DNA of 64,000 nucleotides from an uncultured bacterium (GCA_963766885.1 CAVYBO010000002.1:22014-86013); one strand, 5' to 3'. Positions 9,642 through 19,006 are shown, numbered from the stretch's first letter. Numbers and translations are program-made. Notes: generated from the sequence alone by a model not told the origin.

Positions 9642-11108
9642 ATGTCTTTGGAAGATATTAGAAATATCAGGCTGCAAAAGCTTGCTAAAATAAAAGCGGC
9701 TGGCATTGATCCGTATCCGGCAACTTCGGCGCGCACACATTCTATATTTGATGCGATATCAAATTTTGATACATTTGTAGCAAGTGAAGAAAAGGTTACT
9801 CTTGCTGGCAGAATAATGTCGCAGAGAATTCAAGGAGGCTTGGCCTTTTTGGATATTTTTGACGGTTCTGGAAAGTTTCAAGTTTTAATAAAAAAAGATG
9901 ATGCAGAAGATGAAGCTTTTGACTTTTTTGTGGAGGTTGCAGACATAGGAGACTTCGCAGAATTTTCGGGAACGCTTTTTAGTACAAAAACAAATCAAAA
10001 AACTTTAAAAGCAAAAAATTGGAGAATGCTTTCAAAGGCTCTTTTGCCGCTGCCTGAAAAATGGCACGGACTTCAAGATCCGGAAGAAAAACTACGTAAA
10101 AGATATTTAGATATGCTTTTTGATCCAGAAGCTCAGGATTTATTTAAAAAGAAAGCGGCCTTTTGGGAAGCGACAAGGAATTTTCTAAAAGACAGGGGAT
10201 TTTTGGAAGTGGAAACGCCAACATTAGAAGTGACAACTGGCGGAGCGGAAGCAAGACCATTCAAGACACATCACAATGCGCACGGACTTGATGTTTTTCT
10301 TCGTATTTCTGTCGGCGAGCTTTGGCAGAAGCGTTTGATGGCTGCAGGATTTCCAAAAACTTTTGAGATTGGAAGAATCTATAGAAATGAAGGATCAAGC
10401 GCGGACCATCTTCAGGAATTTACAAATATGGAATTTTATATGGCCTATGCTGGCTTCTTTGAGGGAATGATTTTGGTAAAAGAAATGTGTAGAGAAATTG
10501 CAGAAAAAGTTTTTGGAACTACAAAATTTTCTACACGCGGACATAATTTTGATTTGTCAGATGAATGGAAGGAGATAGATTATATTGAGGAAATCAAAAA
10601 ACAGACCGGAATAGACATAAATAAATCATCAGAAAAGGAAATAATAAAAAAACTTCAAGAACTGAAAGTGGAGTACGAAGGAGACAATCTCGAACGTCTA
10701 ACAGACTCATTGTGGAAATATTGCCGAAAAAATATTGCAGGCCCTGCATTTTTGGTGAATCATCCAAAGATGATTGCGCCTTTGGCCAAGTCAAATTATC
10801 AGTCAAATTCTGATCAGTCAGACACGGTACAAAGATTCCAGGTTATTCTTGCAGGAAGCGAAGTTGGAAACGGATATTCAGAGCTCAATGATCCAATCGA
10901 ACAAAGAAAACGATTTGATGAGCAACAAAATATGATTGAACACGGTGATGAAGAAGCGATGATGGCTGATTTTGAGTTTGTGGAGATGCTTGAATATGGA
11001 ATGCCGCCGACTTGCGGCTTCGGATTCGGTGAACGCCTTTTTGCTTTTCTTGTAGACAAACCTGTTCGCGACGTTGCAATGTTTCCATTGGTTCGGCCAA
11101 AAGAATAA
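9642..11108 (+). CDS. lysS: Lysine--tRNA ligase (class II)
   Basis: LPEKWHGLQDPE, FEIGRIYRNEG, GNGYSELNDP, EYGMPP motifs. Confidence 0.96.
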   Translation: MSLEDIRNIRLQKLAKIKAAGIDPYPATSARTHSIFDAISNFDTFVASEEKVTLAGRIMSQRIQGGLAFLDIFDGSGKFQVLIKKDDAEDEAFDFFVEVADIGDFAEFSGTLFSTKTNQKTLKAKNWRMLSKALLPLPEKWHGLQDPEEKLRKRYLDMLFDPEAQDLFKKKAAFWEATRNFLKDRGFLEVETPTLEVTTGGAEARPFKTHHNAHGLDVFLRISVGELWQKRLMAAGFPKTFEIGRIYRNEGSSADHLQEFTNMEFYMAYAGFFEGMILVKEMCREIAEKVFGTTKFSTRGHNFDLSDEWKEIDYIEEIKKQTGIDINKSSEKEIIKKLQELKVEYEGDNLERLTDSLWKYCRKNIAGPAFLVNHPKMIAPLAKSNYQSNSDQSDTVQRFQVILAGSEVGNGYSELNDPIEQRKRFDEQQNMIEHGDEEAMMADFEFVEMLEYGMPPTCGFGFGERLFAFLVDKPVRDVAMFPLVRPKE

Positions 11109-11124
11109 TTTTTATAAAAAGTTA

Positions 11125-11158
11125 AACCGCGCAGAACGAATCTTGCGCGGTTATTTTT
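11125..11158. terminator. Hairpin terminator between convergent lysS and the GC-rich ORF
   Basis: AACCGCGCA/TGCGCGGTT 9-bp stem, flanked by A and T runs. Confidence 0.65.
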
Positions 11159-11203
11159 AGGGGATTGAACCCACGGCTTCTTTGCCGAGCGGAGATACCG
11201 CTA

Positions 11204-11764
11204 TTACAATTCCATGGCGGTGGCCATGAGGTATTGCATATTGCTGACCAGGTTTTCGTGGAACTTGAACCCGGGATCCTCAGGGTGAGTGAACGGACGT
11301 CCGGTTTGAAGACCTGACGGGAAGGTTTTACCTTCCGTTTCCATCCACTCCGCGAAGTCGGCGAGCTTGTCGAACCATTCCTCCGACATGGCGCCGGCGA
11401 ACTGGCCGAGTTCCTTGTTGGTGAGGGTGAACTCACAACCGAGAGCGACCGCCGCTTCCTGCCCGAAGAAGACTTCCCGCGGAAAGATGGCGTCCTGAAC
11501 ACCGCAGTAGCGGATGTCGTAGAACACCGGAGCGGCGCGAAAGGTTGTGAGTTCCCCCGCGTGCTCGATTTGCCCCAGAATGACGATCAAACTGGGGAAA
11601 GGGTTGGTGGAGTTGTAGTCGTAGTTTTCCGCGTCCGTGGGTTCCACGACGCGCCAGATTTGGCCGGACAGAATTTCCGCCGGCTTGGTTTGGTTCTGCG
11701 GCGGCATATCCAGCAAAGGATGGAGCGCCAGAGGAAGGATTTTTTTGAGGTCTGCGATTTTCAT
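11204..11764 (-). CDS. Hypothetical protein, GC-rich (likely horizontally acquired)
   Basis: 186-aa ORF with protein-like composition. Two 60-nt lines counted at 60-65% GC against an AT-rich background. Has its own promoter and terminator. Confidence 0.7.
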   Translation of the reverse strand: MKIADLKKILPLALHPLLDMPPQNQTKPAEILSGQIWRVVEPTDAENYDYNSTNPFPSLIVILGQIEHAGELTTFRAAPVFYDIRYCGVQDAIFPREVFFGQEAAVALGCEFTLTNKELGQFAGAMSEEWFDKLADFAEWMETEGKTFPSGLQTGRPFTHPEDPGFKFHENLVSNMQYLMATAMEL

Positions 11765-11884
11765 AAGTGAGTTGAGTGTGGTTGGAAGGACAATAATCCG
11801 CTTGGCAATGTGCTAGCAAGTCAATTACAGTCTTTCTTCCAAACTCAACTTATAGGTCAGCTTTCAAAGTTCTAATACTTCTAT

Positions 11885-11913
11885 ATAATAGCACTTTTTA
11901 TACAAAAAGTCAA
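11885..11913 (-). promoter_or_regulatory. sigma70-type promoter for the GC-rich ORF
   Basis: Minus strand TTGACT-17 nt (ending TGC)-TATTAT. Confidence 0.55.
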
Positions 11914-11993
11914 CATCAATAAAAAACATTGTAAATCCTATCTAAAATCAAATTCGTGAGGTTTTGGAAAGACCAAACCTTTTCTTTTTTATA

Positions 11994-12012
11994 TGTGGAA
12001 AACTGTGGATTG
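11994..12012. promoter_or_regulatory. DnaA-box-like pair upstream of mraZ
   Basis: TGTGGAAAA (reverse complement TTTTCCACA, fits TTWTNCACA) and degenerate TGTGGATTG. Confidence 0.4.
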
Positions 12013-12023
12013 CGCAAAACAAT

Positions 12024-12061
12024 AAGTGGTATAGAATGGTATGTAAGTGGTAAAAAGTGGT
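12024..12061 (+). promoter_or_regulatory. MraZ operator (DCW-box direct repeats)
   Basis: Four (G)TGGT repeats ending at 12030, 12040, 12051 and 12061 (10-11 bp period) just upstream of mraZ, like known MraZ boxes. Confidence 0.75.
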
Positions 12062-12096
12062 AAGTTTTTGGAGTTGAAGTTTGGTCGGAAAAAATC

Positions 12097-12531
12097 ATGT
12101 TAATAGGAGAATACAAACATTCAATAGACGAAAAAAACCGAATGTCGCTGCCAAGCAAATTCCGCAAGGAATTGGGCAAGAAAGTGGTGGCGACATACGG
12201 GCTTGAACAATGTTTGTTTGTCTACGAAATATCGGAATGGAACAGAATCGCTGAGGATATTTCAAAGCTTGGAATGTTAAAAAGCGATACGCGAGAATTT
12301 AACAGATTTATGTTTGGAGGAGCGGTAGAAATTGAGGTTGATGCGCTTGGCAGAATTTTGGTTCCAGAATATCTCAAAAAATATGCGGATCTCAAGGGAA
12401 ATGCCGTGGTCATCGGAGTTCACAAAAGGCTTGAAATCTGGAACGAGAAGAAGTGGGAGGAATACAAGAAAGCGATAGTTTCAAAAGCAGATGGATTAGC
12501 AGAAAAGCTTTCGGAAGCAGGTGCTTTCTAA
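12097..12531 (+). CDS. mraZ: Division/cell wall cluster repressor MraZ
   Basis: GEYKHSIDEKNR and DALGRILVP AbrB-type repeats. Confidence 0.96.
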   Translation: MLIGEYKHSIDEKNRMSLPSKFRKELGKKVVATYGLEQCLFVYEISEWNRIAEDISKLGMLKSDTREFNRFMFGGAVEIEVDALGRILVPEYLKKYADLKGNAVVIGVHKRLEIWNEKKWEEYKKAIVSKADGLAEKLSEAGAF

Positions 12532-13444
12532 AGAATTTCAGAGAGAAGTGAACGCACACAAGACAGTTCTTTTACAAGAAACAATTGAAGGTTTGAAGCC
12601 GAAGCTTGGCGGAGTTTATTTAGACGGCACCATAAACGGTGCTGGCGCTTCAGAGCAATTGGCAATCCAAATTGGCAAAGACGGGACAATCGTTGGAATG
12701 GATTTGGATCTTGATGCGCTTGAAAAGGGAAGTGAACGAGTCAAGAAAACAGGAGTCAAATTTTTCGGCATCAATGACAACTTTCGGAATCTGGACAAAG
12801 CTCTCGATTCTCTAGAAATAGAAAAAATTGATGGCGCGATGTTTGACCTTGGATTATCGAGCAACCAGCTTGATTTATCGGGCAGGGGATTCACTTTTCA
12901 AAAGGACGAACCGCTTCTAATGACCTTCAAATCTAATCCAACGGAAAAGGATTTGACTGCATATGACGTAGTGAATAAATTTGAGCAGAAAAATCTAGAA
13001 ACGATTATCAGATACTACGGCGGAGAAAATTTTGCAGGACGCATTGCTCGAGTTATATGCGAAGCAAGAATACAAAAACCGATTGAAACTACTTCTGAAC
13101 TAGCAGAATTGATTTATCAAGCAGTCCCAGCAATTTACAGAAGAGGCAAGATTCATCCAGCCACCAAAACTTTTCAGGCCATCCGAGTTGTGGTGAACGA
13201 CGAGATTGAATCTTTGAAGGAAGGTTTGGAAAAATCACTCGAAAGACTGAATTCTGGAGGAAGAGTTGTGGTGATAAGTTTTGAGAGTTTAACGGACGGA
13301 GTGGCCAAAAGATTTTTTAAAGAGAAAGCCAAAGATAAAAAGATTTTAATAATAACAAAGAAACCGATTGTTCCAACAGAAAGAGAAATTAGCGATAATC
13401 CACGATCAAGAAGTTCCAAATTAAGAATCGCGGAAAAGATTTAA
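12521..13444 (+). CDS. rsmH: 16S rRNA m4C1402 methyltransferase
   Basis: HKTVLL, FDLGLSSNQL, HPATKTFQAIR, NPRSRSSKLR motifs. Confidence 0.96.
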   Translation: MLSKEFQREVNAHKTVLLQETIEGLKPKLGGVYLDGTINGAGASEQLAIQIGKDGTIVGMDLDLDALEKGSERVKKTGVKFFGINDNFRNLDKALDSLEIEKIDGAMFDLGLSSNQLDLSGRGFTFQKDEPLLMTFKSNPTEKDLTAYDVVNKFEQKNLETIIRYYGGENFAGRIARVICEARIQKPIETTSELAELIYQAVPAIYRRGKIHPATKTFQAIRVVVNDEIESLKEGLEKSLERLNSGGRVVVISFESLTDGVAKRFFKEKAKDKKILIITKKPIVPTEREISDNPRSRSSKLRIAEKI

Positions 13445-13492
13445 GAGAAATTTAATAAAAAAATTTAAAAATTAACAAAATAAAAAAATACC

Positions 13493-13792
13493 ATGACAAG
13501 CATGCCATCTCAGTACAAATTCAAAAAAACTTTCTGGATGTTTTCCAGTGCGTCTTTTGGCATGATTGTTATTTATGTTTTTCTTGTATTTTTCACTGTT
13601 TCCCATACTCTTTCAAGGGAAAATAGTGAAAAATCAATTCAAAATATCCTTTCAAATATAAGCGAGAAAGAATCCACTTATATGAGCCTTGAGGCTTCTA
13701 TTACGCCAGATCTTGCCACAGCCAAAGGATTTGTAGATGCAAATAACACTATAGTCGTCAGGGCGGGAGCAACTTTGACTATGCGCAATTAA
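13493..13792 (+). CDS. FtsL-like bitopic division protein
   Basis: Single TM plus coiled coil, between rsmH and ftsI. Confidence 0.55.
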   Translation: MTSMPSQYKFKKTFWMFSSASFGMIVIYVFLVFFTVSHTLSRENSEKSIQNILSNISEKESTYMSLEASITPDLATAKGFVDANNTIVVRAGATLTMRN

Positions 13793-13799
13793 TTAAATA

Positions 13800-15497
13800 A
13801 TGAAATTTCTCAACCCAATCAGGCTAATATCGATTTTAATCATATTGGCGGGTTTTATCTTTGTCTTAAAACTTTACGACATACAAATTGTCAAACATAA
13901 TGAATATGTTCAAATCGCCAATAATCAGTACCAAAGACCGCAGGGATTTTTTGATAGAGGAACAATATATTTTGAGGATAAAGACGGCAATAAAATATCG
14001 GCGGCTACAGTAAAATCAGGATATATTCTTGCTATAAATCCAGAACTTATTGTTAATAAGCAAGATGCTTACAATAAACTATCATCGGTTGTAAGTGGTA
14101 TTGATAAGACGGATTTTTTAGACAAAGCCTCAGAGCAAGATACATATGAAGTAATTCAAAAGGAGGTTGATTCTGATACAGGAAAAAAAATACAAGCACT
14201 CAATATTTCAGGAGTAATTCTTGATAGTGACAACTGGAGATTTTACCCTGGAAATTCAACTGCTTCACAGGTGCTCGGCATCGTTGGCTATCAGGGCAAT
14301 GATTTGGCTGGAAGGTATGGTTTGGAAGAAGAATATAACTCTGTTTTGGAAAGGAATCAGAGCGACCTTTATACTAATTTTTTTGTTCAAATATTTTCAA
14401 ATATAAAATCAAGCGTGGACTCTGATAATTCAGAGGGAGATATTGTTACAACAATTGAGCCGAATGTTCAAGCTGCTCTTGAAAATACTCTTCAGAAAAT
14501 TCAAACAACATGGTCTTCCGAAGAAACAGGCGGCATTATAATGAATCCGCAAAACGGAGAAATAATCGCCATGGCTGCGTATCCCAATTTTAACCCCAAT
14601 GATTTCTCAGATGTCAGTTCTGTTGGTGTGTTTAAAAATCCATTAGTTGAAGATGTTAGAGAAATGGGCTCAATAATGAAAGTTGTAACTATGGCTTCTG
14701 GAATTGATGCTGGCCTTGTAACTGCCTCCACAACTTATGATGATGTTGGATATGTGAAAGCGGACGGCAGCACAATTTATAACTTTGACAAGCAAGGAAG
14801 GGGAGTGATTACGATGCAGACTGTACTTGATGATTCGCTCAACACAGGCGCATCGTTTGTAGAGCAAAAACTTGGCAACAAAAGATTTACGGACTATTTT
14901 TTTAAGTTTGGTCTTGGTGAAAAAACCAATATTGATTTGCCGGACGAAGCGCAAGACCTCGTTTCAAATCTTCAAAGCACTAGAGATATTGAGCATATTA
15001 CTGCTTCGTACGGACAGGGAATTGCCCTAACTCCAATTGCCACTGCCCGAGCCCTTGCTGCTGTGGCCAATGGCGGGTATTTGGTCCAGCCTCACGTTGT
15101 CAAAGAAGCCGATCCTATTGAAGGAATTCCTTATTATCCATTTGCCAGCTATAAGCCGGTACAAGTGATTTCAAAATCTGCTTCACAGAAAGTAACGGCA
15201 ATGCTTATAAACGTTGTTGATACAGCTCTGCTTGGGGGGGCAGGAAAGAATCCACACTATACTGTTGCTGCCAAAACTGGTACAGCTCAGATTCCTTCAC
15301 CAAGTGGAGGATATTATTCTGACAGGTATCTTCACTCTTTCATGGGTTATTTTCCTGCTACAAACCCTCAATTTTTAATTTTAATGTATACTGTTTACCC
15401 AAAAACGCAGTTATATGCAGCGTCAACCCTGGCACAGCCGTTTTTGGACTTGAGCCATTTTATTATAAATTATTACTCAATCCCGCCTGACAGATAA
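13800..15497 (+). CDS. ftsI: Division transpeptidase PBP3/FtsI
   Basis: GSIMK (SxxK), SLN and KTGTAQ motifs; dcw context. Confidence 0.88.
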   Translation: MKFLNPIRLISILIILAGFIFVLKLYDIQIVKHNEYVQIANNQYQRPQGFFDRGTIYFEDKDGNKISAATVKSGYILAINPELIVNKQDAYNKLSSVVSGIDKTDFLDKASEQDTYEVIQKEVDSDTGKKIQALNISGVILDSDNWRFYPGNSTASQVLGIVGYQGNDLAGRYGLEEEYNSVLERNQSDLYTNFFVQIFSNIKSSVDSDNSEGDIVTTIEPNVQAALENTLQKIQTTWSSEETGGIIMNPQNGEIIAMAAYPNFNPNDFSDVSSVGVFKNPLVEDVREMGSIMKVVTMASGIDAGLVTASTTYDDVGYVKADGSTIYNFDKQGRGVITMQTVLDDSLNTGASFVEQKLGNKRFTDYFFKFGLGEKTNIDLPDEAQDLVSNLQSTRDIEHITASYGQGIALTPIATARALAAVANGGYLVQPHVVKEADPIEGIPYYPFASYKPVQVISKSASQKVTAMLINVVDTALLGGAGKNPHYTVAAKTGTAQIPSPSGGYYSDRYLHSFMGYFPATNPQFLILMYTVYPKTQLYAASTLAQPFLDLSHFIINYYSIPPDR

Positions 15498-15503
15498 TAC
15501 AAC

Positions 15504-16796
15504 ATGAAAAATTATTTAAAAAAAATCATTGTTTTTATTCTTACAATCGAGGCTAAGCTTGTCCTAAGGAAATACAAGCCTAAAATTATTGCTGTCACGG
15601 GAAGCGCCGGCAAGACATCCACCAAGGACGCTATTTATACCGCTATTTCTTCATCGCTTCATGTTCGCAAAAGCGCCAAAAGCTACAACAGCGATATAGG
15701 AATTCCTCTGACCATTCTTGGCCTTGAAAATCCTTGGAATAATTATAAAAAATGGCTAACAAATATTCTAAAAGGCGCCATTGTTGCTTTGAAGAAGCAA
15801 AAATATCCAGAATATCTTGTTCTTGAAATCGGCGCAGACAGGCCAGGAGAAATCAAGCGTCTTATGAAATGGATTCACCCCGATATCTCAGTGGTTACGC
15901 TTATAGGCAAAGTGCCAGTGCATGTTGAGTTTTACGATTCCGTTGAGAGTGTTATAAAAGAAAAAAGTGAAATTATAAAAAATCTCAAACCGGATGGTTT
16001 TGCGATTTTGAATGCTGACGATGAGGATGTGCGCGATATGAGGCATTTAACAGGCGCCAAAACGATAACATTCGGCATAAAGAATAAGGCAGATGTTTCT
16101 GTTGTTTTTCCGTCTATTATCTATGATGAATCCGGTGCGCCAATTGGCATGAGCGCCAAGATTGATGTTTCGGGATCGAGTTTTCCTATTATCATAAATG
16201 GTGCGCTTGGTATTCAGCAGATTTATCCTGTGGCCGCGGCTTTTGCTGTAGCTATGGTTAAGAATTTAAATCTTCTGGAAGTTGCCACAGCATTCAAAGA
16301 TCACGAAGTGCCAAAAGGCAGAGTCAAGATTATCAAAGGCATAAAAGATTCAACTATAATTGATGATACTTACAACGCTTCTCCGGCAGCTGTTGAAGAA
16401 GGTTTGAATATTTTAAGCGAAATAAAAACTCACGGCAAAAAAATCGCAATTCTGGGCGATATGCTTGAACTTGGCAGGCATTCATCTTCTGAACACAGAA
16501 GAATCGGCGAGATAGCAGGAAAAATTTGCAATGTTGTTATTGGCGTGGGTATCCGTTCGCGCGAGCTTGCCAATGCCGCGCAAGTGGCAGGAATTTCCAA
16601 GAGTGATGTTTATTTTGTTGATGATTCAATTCAGGCGGGGGAGACCGCGGCCAAGTTGATTGACACTGGAGACGTTGTTTACATCAAAGGCTCGCAAGGA
16701 ATGAGAATGGAAAAAACAGTAGAAAAAATAATGCAGGAAAAACACAAAAAAGAAGAACTTTTGGTGCGACAAGAAAAAGAATGGTTGGAGAGGTAA
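15504..16796 (+). CDS. murF: UDP-MurNAc-tripeptide--D-Ala-D-Ala ligase
   Basis: VTGSAGKTSTK, DDTYNASP, GDMLELG, KGSQGM motifs. Confidence 0.93.
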   Translation: MKNYLKKIIVFILTIEAKLVLRKYKPKIIAVTGSAGKTSTKDAIYTAISSSLHVRKSAKSYNSDIGIPLTILGLENPWNNYKKWLTNILKGAIVALKKQKYPEYLVLEIGADRPGEIKRLMKWIHPDISVVTLIGKVPVHVEFYDSVESVIKEKSEIIKNLKPDGFAILNADDEDVRDMRHLTGAKTITFGIKNKADVSVVFPSIIYDESGAPIGMSAKIDVSGSSFPIIINGALGIQQIYPVAAAFAVAMVKNLNLLEVATAFKDHEVPKGRVKIIKGIKDSTIIDDTYNASPAAVEEGLNILSEIKTHGKKIAILGDMLELGRHSSSEHRRIGEIAGKICNVVIGVGIRSRELANAAQVAGISKSDVYFVDDSIQAGETAAKLIDTGDVVYIKGSQGMRMEKTVEKIMQEKHKKEELLVRQEKEWLER

Positions 16797-16836
16797 TATA
16801 AGTATAAAAAATAGCAGAAAACGGGAAGTAATCTGC

Positions 16837-17436
16837 TTAACGTCTTCGGAAAACTAGAGCTATTACACCCAAGGCAACGAATACGCAGTACAAAATGCTT
16901 GGCTCAGGCACGCTCATCTGGAGTGCGGGCGTTTGAGTTTCTGCTCCCGCGCTGATTTGCTGTAGAGCCGAAGTGTCTTTTGTGCTTGCAACGCTAACGT
17001 AATCGATCGCCCAAGTGTAGCTACCGGTAACCGTCGGAACGACATCGTCGAGGTTGAAGACAAATTCACGACTGGTGCCCTCTGGAATTACATACCAGAA
17101 TGCATCATCTCCGCTGATTGGAGTGGGAGCAAGCATGTCCGGATCGATGTTTTCTTCAGTGTCCAATGTTGGACTTGCGGCGACGCCGTTGATTGTGAAT
17201 GTGAATCCATCGTCACCGAGCGGAACTGATGCTCTGCGGACGTACTCAGTTTGGGTATCCGCGGAGATATTGATATCGATTCCGAAGTAACCCAATTCCT
17301 CGTAGGTGCTAGAGTACTCTGGTTTTTGCACCTCGTAGGAGGCGCATTCCGTCCAGTTCACGCTTACTTGGGTTGCGTTTGCCGAAGTGATTCCTACCCA
17401 AGAGAGTAGGACCAGTAAAGAATATTTAAAGTTCAT
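16837..17436 (-). CDS. Secreted PEP-CTERM sorting-domain protein
   Basis: Start at ATG 17436 gives a signal peptide (MNFKYSLLVLLSWVGITSANA), an acidic Ser/Thr-rich body, and C-terminal VPEP + hydrophobic helix + RRR. Confidence 0.85.
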   Translation of the reverse strand: MNFKYSLLVLLSWVGITSANATQVSVNWTECASYEVQKPEYSSTYEELGYFGIDINISADTQTEYVRRASVPLGDDGFTFTINGVAASPTLDTEENIDPDMLAPTPISGDDAFWYVIPEGTSREFVFNLDDVVPTVTGSYTWAIDYVSVASTKDTSALQQISAGAETQTPALQMSVPEPSILYCVFVALGVIALVFRRR

Positions 17437-17481
17437 AATCAGAAAAACACTAACATAAATACTTAATTTTGTAAAGATACA

Positions 17482-18411
17482 CGTATAGGTCCAATAGCTT
17501 GGCACCACTTTGGTGGGTTAACATCAAAGGTATGCCATACACAACAAATAAGAATATGCCGAAGATTAGGCAACAAGCAGCTGATTTAGTCAGAAGAGGT
17601 TGGAGCAGAAGAAAGGTTGGTCGATATTTGGGATTTCACCATACAGCGATATCTGAATGGGTCAGAATTGCAAAGAAAATAGGGTATCATCCCATACTAA
17701 CAAGATCATCAAGACCGAAACATCATCCCCAACAATTGGATGAAAGAATCATTAGAAAAATCGTGGAGAAAAGATTAGAGCATGGTCGATATGCGGAAGC
17801 GGTACACAGGGAGCTTCAAAACGATGGTGTGAAAGTTTCTTTGTCATCAGTCAAAAGAACTCTCGACCGGAAGAGACTCATCAAAAAGAGAAGTCCGTAC
17901 AAACGATTCCATCCTCACCAAGATCGCCCATATCCCTTGAAATCAGGCGATTTGGTGCAAATTGATACTATTCATCGGATGGTTGATGGAAAGAAAAGAC
18001 TGTACGTGTTTGTGGTCATTGATGTATTTTCAAGATGGACATACGCAAAAGCATTTGAACGGATGAATGCAAGAACAAGTATTGATTTTGTCAGAGCAGC
18101 GCAAAGAGAATCGTCCTTCCATTTTGATATGTTGCAGTCAGACCATGGACCAGAGTTTGGTAAGTGGTTTGTCTCAAATATCAAAAAGAGCCACAGGTAT
18201 ACCAGAATTGGCAAACCCAATGACAATGCTCATATCGAAAGATTCAACAGGACTCTACAGGAAGAATGCCTGGACAAAGTTCCTAACGATATTCGAATTA
18301 TCAATTGTGCTTTGAAGAAATATTTGAGATATTACAATTTTGAGCGAGTGCACGGAGGAATCAATTATTCAATTCCCATGCAGGTGGTGTGAAGCTATTG
18401 ATTAGATTACG
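17482..18411 (+). mobile_element. IS481-family insertion sequence
   Basis: Imperfect terminal inverted repeats: left CGTA..CAATAGCTTGGCACCAC, right reverse complement CGTA..CAATAGCTTCACACCAC (core 15/17). They enclose a single transposase. No clear target-site duplication. Confidence 0.75.
17532..18392 (+). CDS. IS481-family DDE transposase (HTH + rve)
   Basis: N-terminal HTH; D (VQIDT), D (QSDHGPEF), E (NAHIERFNRTL). ATG 17532 is preferred as start. Confidence 0.9.
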   Translation: MPYTTNKNMPKIRQQAADLVRRGWSRRKVGRYLGFHHTAISEWVRIAKKIGYHPILTRSSRPKHHPQQLDERIIRKIVEKRLEHGRYAEAVHRELQNDGVKVSLSSVKRTLDRKRLIKKRSPYKRFHPHQDRPYPLKSGDLVQIDTIHRMVDGKKRLYVFVVIDVFSRWTYAKAFERMNARTSIDFVRAAQRESSFHFDMLQSDHGPEFGKWFVSNIKKSHRYTRIGKPNDNAHIERFNRTLQEECLDKVPNDIRIINCALKKYLRYYNFERVHGGINYSIPMQVV

Positions 18412-18521
18412 GTATTCAAAATCTTTCGTACCAAGTTAATTGAATGGCAAAGATTTGGAGAGATGCTTTCTAAACAAGATTAGACGCTTGCAATATTTCT
18501 ATACTTTTGTACCATATTAAA

Positions 18522-18855
18522 CAGAGAGTACATTTAGACCGAAAGCCAAGGCGGCGCACGCCGTCGAATGACGAGAGCGTAAACAAACGCAGACCAATAG
18601 CTAATGGTGGCAAGTTGCCATAGAAACGGATGGGGGGACTTGTTCCCGCTTATCATGTACCGAAGCTTTGGACGACAAGCTCTGCAGCTGTGAGACGTAT
18701 TCTCACATGACGTGGAGTGATTACTCAGGGATACTTAGTGCATCAATAGGTAGTTACGTTGGGGATTTCCGTCTCCTAGAGGCGGTCGCGTGGTAGGTCT
18801 TTTGTTTCTTTCTCTTTGAACCCTCGACGTTTCGGCGTCGGGGGTTCTACTTTTT
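18522..18855 (+). ncRNA. Unassigned highly structured non-coding RNA candidate
   Basis: No long + strand ORF. Closing stem AGACC/GGTCT, at least 7 internal hairpins, upstream TTGCAA..TACCAT promoter-like site, and a downstream UUCG-loop terminator. Confidence 0.6.
18818..18855 (+). terminator. Intrinsic terminator
   Basis: 13-bp stem GAACCCTCGACGT/GCGTCGGGGGTTC (two G-U pairs), UUCG loop, then TACTTTTT. Confidence 0.8.
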
Positions 18856-18880
18856 ATATCTGTTTCCAAGTCTATAAAAT

Positions 18881-18939
18881 ATCCCATTAGGTTGCGCCAA
18901 AAAACTATTAAAAAATATGAATAAAAAAAGCTGTGACCC
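18881..18939. repeat. Imperfect 59-bp direct repeat, copy 1 (att-like relic of tRNA-Glu 3' end and flank)
   Basis: 49/59 ungapped identity to 19373-19431. Confidence 0.8.
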
Positions 18940-19006
18940 AAGTGGTCGCAAATTGGAACCGAGTCTTGGAGAATATAAAGGTTTTTCAGGAATTTGTATA
19001 AAAAAT

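Noticed and set aside
17499-17508. Overlapping extended starts for the transposase (17499) and PEP-CTERM ORF (17508)
   Set aside because: Both extensions run into the IS inverted repeat; internal ATGs (17532, 17436) give sensible N-termini.
18536-18800. RNase P RNA identity for the structured RNA (GAAAG.. near the 5' end)
   Set aside because: Lacks the GAGGAAAGUCC, ACAGAAA and ACANAA..GGCUUA conserved regions.
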